From the NCBI GenBank assembly GCA_043821645.1, contig JBDRCO010000014.1, positions 1 through 10,615 on the forward strand: a stretch of DNA of 10,615 nucleotides. The letters are read 5' to 3'. Of the stretch, positions 1 to 10,615 are shown piece after piece. A program made the translations under genes and the position numbers. The notes beneath the pieces are model-generated. The model saw only the letters and a program-made list of their open reading frames with translations. It was not told the DNA's origin and did no database searches. Each line of letters begins with the position of its first letter. The first letter of the stretch is position 1. The stretch comes from Pseudomonadota bacterium. GTDB lineage: Bacteria > Myxococcota > JACRCW01 > JAFGSX01.

Positions 1-74
1 GCACGGCGTTCATCAGCAAGCCCTTCAACGCCGACGACCTGGGGCGCAAGGTGCGCGAGGTGCTGGATGGGTGA
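1..74 (+). CDS. 3' end of a receiver (REC) domain protein, probably a hybrid histidine kinase or response regulator (partial, 5' end outside window)
   Basis: Manual translation of frame 3 (from nt 3): TAFISKPFNADDLGRKVREVLDG, TGA at 72-74. F-I-x-K-P-F followed by an LxRKVREVLD helix is the typical beta5-alpha5 end of a receiver domain. Confidence 0.85.
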   Translation, partial: TAFISKPFNADDLGRKVREVLDG

Positions 75-167
75 GGGACGCAGCGGCCCGATGATCGTCA
101 CGCGCACGGGCAGCAGCTGTGTCACCGCCCGGAGGCTGGGCCCGAAACACGGCTTCCAAAAGCGGCC

Positions 168-1472
<1,305 letters not shown>

Positions 1473-1963
1473 ATGGACTGGCGCATGCCGGTGATGGATG
1501 GCCTCGAGGCCACCCGCCGCATCCGCGCCCTCGACGGTGGCCGTGAGGTCAAGATCGTGGCCCTGTCGGCCTCGGTGTTCAAGGACGAGCGCGATCAGGT
1601 GCTGGCCGCCGGGGCCGACGACTTCGAGCCCAAGCCCGTGCAGCTCGGCCGCATCTACGACTGCCTGGCGCGGCAGCTGGGTGTGCGGTACGTCGACGTC
1701 GCGGGCGCACCTGCCACGGCCTCCGCGCGCGAGCTCGACCCGGGAGCGCTGGCCGCCCTGCCCGCGACGCTGCGCACCGAGCTGGAGACGGCGCTGGTCA
1801 GCCTGGACCGCGAGAGGATTGCACGCGTGCTGACGCGCGTGACCGAGGACAACCCGGCCCTGGGCGCGGCGCTCGAGGGGCACGCGCGCCAGCTCAAGTA
1901 CACGGCCATGCTGCAAGCCCTTCAGACCTGCCATCGCGAGGTCGCGACCGACGAGGTGCCTTC

Positions 1964-1967
<4 letters not shown>
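1473..1967 (+). CDS. C-terminal fragment of the interrupted hybrid kinase (second half of REC plus helical tail); independent translation uncertain
   Basis: Begins MDWRMPVMDGLEATRRIR, with the phosphoacceptor Asp as residue 2. The ATG immediately follows the TGA. Its own stop overlaps the next start (ATGA at 1964-1967). Confidence 0.45.
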
Positions 1968-4720
<2,753 letters not shown>

Positions 4721-4846
4721 CATGGCAGGCACTCACCACACCCCGGTCTCACGGTGCGGCCGACCCGCGGTGCATGTTCGGACAGGGGATGAACAGGGTG
4801 ATCGAAGGGATCCATTAGGGGCCTGGACCCCGGGAGTTCGACGACC

Positions 4847-7120
4847 GTGAACCTCGACATGCGCACCATCCTGATCGGCGCGGCCCTGAGCAACGCCGTG
4901 TGCGTGGTGATCGCCATCGGACTGTGGCGCCAGAGCCGCCGTCGCTTTGCCGGCACGGGCTACTGGGTGCTGGACTTTGCCCTGATCACCGGCAGCCTGC
5001 TGCTGATCAGCGGCCGCGGCCAGCTGCCGGACTGGCTGTCCATCGTGGTGGCCAACGTCATGGCCTGGAGCGGGGCCCTGCTGGGCTACCAGGGTCTGCT
5101 GCACTTTGCCGGGGTGCGGCGGCGCCAGCTCCTCAACATCGCCCTCATCGCGACCCTGGCCGTGGTCCATACCCTCTTCACCTATCGCCATCCGGACCTG
5201 ACCGTACGCACCTTCAACACCGCCCTGGGCCTGTTCGTGCTGTGCGGGCAGTGCGCCTGGTTTGCCCTGCGCGGTGCCGGGCCCCGGATGCGCGCCTTGA
5301 TGCGCGGCGTGGGCCTGGTCTTCGTCGCCTACGCTTTGATCGCGCTGGGGCGCATGATTCGCGCGGTGGTCGCACCGGGGATGGCCCCCTCGTACCTGCT
5401 TCCCGACACAGTCGAGGCCGGGATCATGCTGTCCTACCAGGTGCTGCAGCTCGCCCTCGCCTTTGGCCTGGTGCTGATGGTGAACCGGCGACTGCTGGGC
5501 GAGGTGGCTGCCCAGGAGGCCAAGTTTGCCGCGGCCTTTCGCTCGTCACCCTATGCCATCACCCTGACCCGCCCTGCCGATGGCGCCCTGATCGAGGTCA
5601 ACGAGGGTTTCGTGCAGATCACGGGTTATGGGCGCGAGGACTTCCTGGGGCAGAGCAGCGTGGGCCTGGGGCTGTGGGCCGAGGAGGCGGAGCGCACCGA
5701 GGTGGTGCGCCTGCTCTCGGTGCATGGAAGCGTGCGCGATCGCGAGTGCCAGTTCGTGCACAAGTCAGGGCAGCGCATCACCGGGCTGTTCTCGGCCGAC
5801 GTGATCACCGTCGACGGCGAGCCCCTGATCCTGTCCAGCATCGCCGACATCAGCGAGCGCAAGGCCGCGGAGCAGGAGCGCGTGCGCTTGCAGGCGAGCC
5901 TGGCGCAGTCCGACCGCATGGCCAGCATGGGCATGGTCGCGGCCGGGGTGGCGCACGAGATCAACAACCCGCTGGCCTACGTGCTGTACAACCTCGAGAG
6001 CCTGGCCGACGAGCTGCCGCTGCTGGCCCGGGCCCTGCGCGAGGGCCGCCCGCTCGCGCTGAACAAGCTCGACGAGGCCGCCCAGGGTGCCCGCGAGGCC
6101 GCCCTGGGCGCGCGTCGCATCCGCGAGATCGCCGGTGCGCTGAGCAGCTTTGCCCGGGTCGAGCCCAACGCCCGCGCGTCCGTCGACGTGCGCCAGGCCA
6201 TCGTGCACGCGCTGACCCTGGTCGGCAACGAGCTGCGCTACCGGGCGCGGGTGGTCACCGAGTTTGCCGAGGTGCCGCCGGTGCTGGCCAGCGAGGGCAA
6301 GCTGGCGCAGGTGGTGCTGAACCTGCTGCTCAACGCCGCGCACGCCATGGCCGAGGGCGACGCCGAGCACAACGAGGTGGTCGTGCGCTGCCACGCCGAC
6401 GGCGATCGCGTGTGCATCGAGGTGCGCGACAGCGGCCACGGCATCACTGCCGAGAACCTGCCGCGGGTGTTCGAACCCTTCTTCTCGACCAAGGGCGTGG
6501 GCAAGGGCTCGGGCCTGGGGCTGACCATCTGCAAGAGCATCGTCGAGGGCTTTGGCGGCGAGATCCGGGTCGAGTCCCGGCCCGGCCAGGGCGCGCGCTT
6601 CGAGCTGCGCCTGCCCCGCGCACCCGATACCGTGGCGACGGTGCTGCCGGTGCAGGCGAGCCCCGGGTCCGACAGCGCCCAGGTGCCGCGCGGTCGCATC
6701 CTGGTGGTCGATGACGACGCCGGCGTGCGCAAGGTCCTGAATCGCATGCTCGGACCTACCCACGACCTGGTGCTGGTCGCGACCGGCGTCGAGGCCAGGA
6801 CCCTGTTCGAACAGGGCCAGCGCTTCGACGTCATCCTGTGCGATCTCATGATGTCGCCGCTGTCGGGGATGGAGCTGCACGGCTGGCTCGCCCGGCGCGA
6901 TCCCGAGCAGGCGAGGCGCGTGGTGTTCATCACCGGCGGCGCCTTCACCCCGGGGGCCCTGGACTACCTGCAGCAGGCCAACCTGCCCTGCGTCGAGAAG
7001 CCCTTTGACACGGACGCCCTGCGCGCCCTGATCGAGGCCAGGCTGGTCGCGTCGGCCGACGCGGGCCCTGAGTTCGAGGGAGGGCGAGACCAGGCTGGGC
7101 GCGTCCCGCCCTCGCCCTGA
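4847..7120 (+). CDS. Membrane hybrid sensor histidine kinase: about 7 TM helices, PAS, HisKA, HATPase_c, REC (757 aa)
   Basis: GTG start at 4847 with GGGAG at 4832-4836. About 7 hydrophobic segments in the first ~212 aa (LDMRT...RGQLPDWLSIVVAN motif). PAS domain (FRSSPYAITLTR...DISERK). H-box AAGVAHEINNPL, N/G1/F/G2 boxes, and REC ILVVDDD...ILCDLMM...EKPF. Confidence 0.95.
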   Translation: MNLDMRTILIGAALSNAVCVVIAIGLWRQSRRRFAGTGYWVLDFALITGSLLLISGRGQLPDWLSIVVANVMAWSGALLGYQGLLHFAGVRRRQLLNIALIATLAVVHTLFTYRHPDLTVRTFNTALGLFVLCGQCAWFALRGAGPRMRALMRGVGLVFVAYALIALGRMIRAVVAPGMAPSYLLPDTVEAGIMLSYQVLQLALAFGLVLMVNRRLLGEVAAQEAKFAAAFRSSPYAITLTRPADGALIEVNEGFVQITGYGREDFLGQSSVGLGLWAEEAERTEVVRLLSVHGSVRDRECQFVHKSGQRITGLFSADVITVDGEPLILSSIADISERKAAEQERVRLQASLAQSDRMASMGMVAAGVAHEINNPLAYVLYNLESLADELPLLARALREGRPLALNKLDEAAQGAREAALGARRIREIAGALSSFARVEPNARASVDVRQAIVHALTLVGNELRYRARVVTEFAEVPPVLASEGKLAQVVLNLLLNAAHAMAEGDAEHNEVVVRCHADGDRVCIEVRDSGHGITAENLPRVFEPFFSTKGVGKGSGLGLTICKSIVEGFGGEIRVESRPGQGARFELRLPRAPDTVATVLPVQASPGSDSAQVPRGRILVVDDDAGVRKVLNRMLGPTHDLVLVATGVEARTLFEQGQRFDVILCDLMMSPLSGMELHGWLARRDPEQARRVVFITGGAFTPGALDYLQQANLPCVEKPFDTDALRALIEARLVASADAGPEFEGGRDQAGRVPPSP
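5954..6008 (+). repeat. Paralogous H-box coding segment, copy 2 (53/55 nt identical to 3545-3599)
   Basis: Direct comparison by eye with 3545-3599 shows two mismatches. Confidence 0.85.
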
Positions 7121-7122
7121 CC

Positions 7123-7971
7123 TCAGCGGGGCGACGAACCTCCCGTCGTCCCCCCGGGGCTGTCGCGCCAGGCCCTGGCCCGCGGGCTGAGCCGTCGTGC
7201 CGTGCCCGCGTAGCGCACGCTGCCCGCCGGCAGCCGCTGCAGCACCGGATGTTGCTGCGCCGCGCCCTCGGCGGCGTGGGCCAAAAACACGTGGATCGAG
7301 ACGCCCAGGGCCAGGGTGCTGAGCTCGTCGGGAGACAGGCCCAGGTCGAGGCAGGCGGCGGCGTAGGCGCCGGCGATGTTGGGCGGCAGCCCCCGCTGCT
7401 GCTGCACCAGCGGCCACACCTGCTCGAACAGGCGCCACCAGGTGCGCTCGTGTCGTCCGCGCGCGATCAGGCAGCGGCGCAGGGCGGGCACCCGCTCGTC
7501 GAGGTCGCGAAACGGCACCCCGAAACCCTGGGGCCTTGGATTGGCCGCAAGCGCCGCCTGCACCGCGGCGTCCAGGTCGCTGGCGTCGGACGACACCTGC
7601 ACGCGCTGCTGCACGTCGAGCAAAAAGCGCGCGGCGCCGGCCGACACGTGCAGCACGCCAATAAAGGGATTGTCCAGGCTCAGGTAGCCCGCGGCGATGC
7701 CCTGCACCAGCCCGCCGTACGAGGCCACCAGGCGGGTCAGCTTGAGCGGCCAGATGCGCGGGTCGGCCACGGTCCACACCGTCATGATGTCGTCGAGCAC
7801 CCGGGCGTCCTCCAGTGGGAGGCGGCGACCGACGGCGCTCAGGGCCAGCAGGCTGGCCACGCTCTCGCGGCCCGCCAGGTCCGCGAACACCCTGTGGCCG
7901 TAGTAGCTGTGCTCGTCCCAGCCGGCGCGGGCGATGCGCGTGCGGACCACCGGCGCGTCCAGGGGACTCAT
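7123..7971 (-). CDS. Citrate synthase / citryl-CoA lyase-fold protein, divergent (282 aa; start revised from 8121 to 7971)
   Basis: ATG at 7971 overlaps the upstream TGA (ATGA, 7968-7971) and follows GGAGG. Ordered motifs resemble the CS/CCL family: RTRI..., YG..V..DLAG..S (N-terminus), ADPRIW (cf. DH), GFGVPFRDLDER (cf. GFGH...DPR), LPPNIAGA (cf. NVDG/F), AHAAE, YAGTARR (cf. YxGPxxR). Confidence 0.75.
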   Translation of the reverse strand: MSPLDAPVVRTRIARAGWDEHSYYGHRVFADLAGRESVASLLALSAVGRRLPLEDARVLDDIMTVWTVADPRIWPLKLTRLVASYGGLVQGIAAGYLSLDNPFIGVLHVSAGAARFLLDVQQRVQVSSDASDLDAAVQAALAANPRPQGFGVPFRDLDERVPALRRCLIARGRHERTWWRLFEQVWPLVQQQRGLPPNIAGAYAAACLDLGLSPDELSTLALGVSIHVFLAHAAEGAAQQHPVLQRLPAGSVRYAGTARRLSPRARAWRDSPGGTTGGSSPR

Positions 7972-8663
7972 GGCGCCACCTCCGCGAAGGCCGGCAGGTT
8001 CATCGGGTAGGACTTCATGCTGAGCGGTCGCACGGCCGTGGCCTCGGCGATGGCCACGCCCAGGCGCGACAGCACGAGCAGGGTCTCGAGCTGCTCGGGC
8101 TTGCGAAAGCCCGCCCACCACAGCACGGCCAGCAGCGCAGGAAAGCGACCGAGGTCGGCGCGCAGCAGCGGCACCTCGACACCGCGATGCTCGAGGGCCT
8201 GCCGGAGCCTGTCCACGGCCGCCCGCTCGTCGTCATCACGAGACCGGGCCGAGGTCGGTGGCTCCCCTTCGCCGCTGCCCAGCCAGGTCAGCAGCTCGGC
8301 CTGCTGCTGCACCTGATCCCGCGCCTGCTCGGCCAGACCCATTGCTGCGATACCGCTCAGGGCGCTGTGCTGCACGCCGATGACGCGCCCGAGGCGCGCC
8401 GCGTGCACGGGCGCCTCGGCCACCGAGCAGGCCGCGGCGAAGATCAAGGCCACCTCCACCGCCCGCCGCCTGTCCTCGTCGAGCAGCTCGCCGCCCAGGG
8501 CCAGCAGCAGCACCTCGAGCAGGCCATAGTGGCAGGCCAGGTCGTCCTCGACGTCGTAGCCGCGGATGGCCGGCGTGGGCTGGCTGTCGACGACGCGCGC
8601 CTGCAGCTGCTCGGGCCAGGCCACGGCATCCAGGGGGCTGGCGGCATCCTGGGGATCGCTCAT
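7968..8663 (-). CDS. Uncharacterised protein with a citrate synthase / citryl-CoA lyase-like N-terminal region (231 aa)
   Basis: Starts 2 nt after the ThDP gene stop, with AAGGA upstream, and its stop overlaps the next start. IRGYDVEDDLACHYGLLEVLLLALGGEL resembles the CS/CCL N-terminal xRGYxxxDL...EVxxLLxxGELP pattern. Also APVHAARL and SRLGVAIAEA. The fold assignment is by motif recognition only. Confidence 0.7.
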   Translation of the reverse strand: MSDPQDAASPLDAVAWPEQLQARVVDSQPTPAIRGYDVEDDLACHYGLLEVLLLALGGELLDEDRRRAVEVALIFAAACSVAEAPVHAARLGRVIGVQHSALSGIAAMGLAEQARDQVQQQAELLTWLGSGEGEPPTSARSRDDDERAAVDRLRQALEHRGVEVPLLRADLGRFPALLAVLWWAGFRKPEQLETLLVLSRLGVAIAEATAVRPLSMKSYPMNLPAFAEVAP

Positions 8664-8665
8664 GC

Positions 8666-10423
8666 TCAGTCCTTTTCAAAGCCCGCGATGGAGCGCGCGC
8701 GGGCGCCGATGGGAGGGGGGATGTTGCCGTCGACGCGAACCTCGATCAGGGCCGGCGCGTCCAGGGCCAGCGCCTCGGCCAGCACGGCCTGGATCTGGTC
8801 CGGCGCGTCCACCACCCAGGCCTGCACGCCCATGGCCCTGGCCATGCTGGCCACCTCGAGGGGGCGCCGGTAGCGCGCGCACTGCATGGGCTGGCGGCCG
8901 CCCACCAGCTGGCTGCCGTGCCAGATGATGCCGTGCATGTTGTTGTTCTCGACGATCCACAGCACCGGCACCTGGTGCTCGACCGCGGTGAGCAGCTCCA
9001 TGCCGTGCATGGTGAAGCAGGCGTCGCCGACGATGGCGACGACGGGGCGCTCGGGCAGGGCCAGCTTGGCGCCCACCGGGGCGGCGGTGCCGTGGCCCAT
9101 GGAGGCGAAGCCGAAGTTGATGACGAAGCGCTGGCCGCGGCGCAGCACCAGGTCGTGCAGGTTGAAGAACATGTGGCCGCCGATGTCGCTGAACAGCAGC
9201 ACGTCGTCGGGCAGGGCCTGCAGCAGGTCGACGCGCCAGCGCTGCGGGGTCAGCGGGCGGGCGCTGGAAACGCGCAGCGCGGGCTGGTCGAAGCGCGCGT
9301 GGCTGCGATCCAGGGGTGGCGCCCCGGGCCACAGCGAGCGCGGCCGGGCGCCGTCGCGCAGGCTGCGGTGCAGGTGGTAGACCAGCTCGACCAGGATGGT
9401 CTGGGCATCGCCCACCAGGGCCACGTCGACGGGGTAGTTGCGGCCGATGCGGTGCGGATCGACGTCGAGCTGCATGAGGGCGCGGCTCGGCCTCAGCGCC
9501 GGCGACCAGCCCAGGGTGGTGGGCTCGTTGAGCGAGGCGCCCACCGTGAGCAGCACGTCGCAGGCGCCACCCAGCACGGCATCCGAGGCGGCGCGGTGGC
9601 CGGCGTAGCCCAGCACGCCCAGGGACAGCGGGTGGTCCTCGGCGAACACGCCCTTGGCCGCGGGCGTCGACGCCACGCGCGCGGGCAGCAGCTCGGCCAG
9701 GGCCGCCAGGTGCTCCTCGGCGCCGGCGCGCAGCACGCCCGAGCCCGCCAGCAGCAGCGGGTGCTCGGCCTGCAACAAGAGCGTTGCGGCCTGCTGCACG
9801 GCCTGGCGATCGAAGCCGCGGCTGGGCGGTCGGTAGGTGGCGGGGTCGAACCAGTCCTCGTCCAGCGGTTGCTCCCACAGGTCCACCGGGATGTTCAGGT
9901 GCACCGGCCCGGGGCGACCGCTCAGGGCCTGGCGCAGCGCGCGGCGCAGGTGGTGGGCCAGGGCCTGGGGCGAGGTCACCATGGTCGAGTACTTGGTCAC
10001 CGGCCTGAACATCTCGACGATGTCCACGTCCTCGCGCGGGGTCTCCTGGGCCGCACCGCGCCCCTGCGACAGCAGCGCGGCCTGCCCGGTGACGACGAGC
10101 ATGGGTACGCCGTCGGCGCAGGCGCAGGCCACGCCGGTGAGCAGGTTGGTGGAGCCCGGCCCCGAGGTGCCCGCGCACACCGCCAGGCGCCGGCTGACCC
10201 GGGCAAAGCCGTCGGCCATGAAGGCCGCCGCGCCCTCGTGCTTGGCCACCACCTGGCGCAGCTCGGGGTCCTGCTCCACCGCCTCGAAGACGTGGTGCAG
10301 CAGGCCGCCGGGGATGCCGAACACCACGGACGCGCCCTCGGCTTTGAGATAGCGCAGGAACACGTCGACCACCCGGCTGCCGCTGCTGCTGCGTGCGCTG
10401 CCGGCCATGTCCTCGAGTTGCAT
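8666..10423 (-). CDS. Thiamine diphosphate-dependent enzyme, acetolactate synthase-like superfamily (PYR, central and PP domains; 585 aa)
   Basis: VFGIPGG, KHEGAAAFMADGFAR (catalytic Glu), TSGPGSTN, GRPGPVHLNIPVD, central domain GSGV...DVDPHRIGRNYPVDVALVGDA, SDIG, ASMG, and ThDP/Mg motif GDACF-x-ENN. GGAG lies 5 nt before the ATG at 10423. Confidence 0.93.
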   Translation of the reverse strand: MQLEDMAGSARSSSGSRVVDVFLRYLKAEGASVVFGIPGGLLHHVFEAVEQDPELRQVVAKHEGAAAFMADGFARVSRRLAVCAGTSGPGSTNLLTGVACACADGVPMLVVTGQAALLSQGRGAAQETPREDVDIVEMFRPVTKYSTMVTSPQALAHHLRRALRQALSGRPGPVHLNIPVDLWEQPLDEDWFDPATYRPPSRGFDRQAVQQAATLLLQAEHPLLLAGSGVLRAGAEEHLAALAELLPARVASTPAAKGVFAEDHPLSLGVLGYAGHRAASDAVLGGACDVLLTVGASLNEPTTLGWSPALRPSRALMQLDVDPHRIGRNYPVDVALVGDAQTILVELVYHLHRSLRDGARPRSLWPGAPPLDRSHARFDQPALRVSSARPLTPQRWRVDLLQALPDDVLLFSDIGGHMFFNLHDLVLRRGQRFVINFGFASMGHGTAAPVGAKLALPERPVVAIVGDACFTMHGMELLTAVEHQVPVLWIVENNNMHGIIWHGSQLVGGRQPMQCARYRRPLEVASMARAMGVQAWVVDAPDQIQAVLAEALALDAPALIEVRVDGNIPPPIGARARSIAGFEKD

Positions 10424-10475
10424 GCGGACTCCACGCGCTGCGGGCGCAGCGCCCCGTCGCGGCGCAGGGGCGGAC

Positions 10476-10615
10476 TCAGTCCCCGCTGGCCACGCGGCGT
10501 ATGGTGACCACGCGCGCCAGCAGCGCGTCGTCGGTCTCGATGGGCCGTGGTGCGGCCTCGGCCTCCTGTTGCACCGGGGCCTCGCGGGGCAGGTAGATCC
10601 AGAAGGTGGTGCCCT
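10476..10615 (-). CDS. 3' end of a sensor histidine kinase (HATPase_c C-terminus; partial, 5' end outside window; not in the supplied ORF track)
   Basis: Manual reverse-strand translation from 10613: GTTFWIYLPREAPVQQEAEAAPRPIETDDALLARVVTIRRVASGD, TGA at 10478-10476. GTTFxIYLP is the typical last strand of a kinase ATPase domain. Confidence 0.8.
   Translation of the reverse strand, partial: GTTFWIYLPREAPVQQEAEAAPRPIETDDALLARVVTIRRVASGD

Noticed and set aside
72-167. Upstream gene, spacer and the 168 kinase are all in frame 3, separated only by the TGA at 72-74 (possible readthrough fusion)
   Set aside because: The upstream REC ends at its natural boundary, the 31 spacer codons do not look protein-like, and stop-free runs of this length are expected at this GC.
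4723-4737. Possible sigma-54 promoter starting TGGCA
   Set aside because: It lacks the GC at the -12 position (reads TGGCAGGCACTCACC).
7972-8121. N-terminal 50 codons of the supplied 332-aa ORF
   Set aside because: It overlaps the 231-aa gene. The ATG at 7971 has GGAGG and an ATGA overlap, so it is the better start.
8666-10423. Assigning ilvB to the ThDP gene (and gltA/prpC to the downstream proteins)
   Set aside because: Family-specific catalytic and specificity motifs and the expected gene context are missing.

Overview
High-GC (roughly 70% by eye) bacterial DNA. The kinase and receiver motifs (e.g. VVF[VI]TGGAFTP) suggest a myxobacterium-like organism, but this is inference only. The + strand (1-7120) is a run of two-component genes: the tail of a receiver-containing protein; a DUF4118-type hybrid kinase broken by one in-frame TGA two codons before its receiver Asp; a REC-3xPAS-HisKA-HATPase-REC kinase; and a paralogous multi-TM-PAS-HisKA-HATPase-REC kinase. 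Converging on it from the - strand (7123-10615) is a tightly coupled unit: the end of another histidine kinase, a ThDP-dependent AHAS-superfamily enzyme lacking AHAS-specific motifs, and two divergent citrate-synthase/citryl-CoA-lyase-fold proteins that appear to lack canonical catalytic residues. This three-gene cassette, sitting between sensor kinases, is the best candidate for an uncharacterised system, possibly a small-molecule signal synthase with cognate receptors. No RNA genes, mobile elements or CRISPR arrays were seen.
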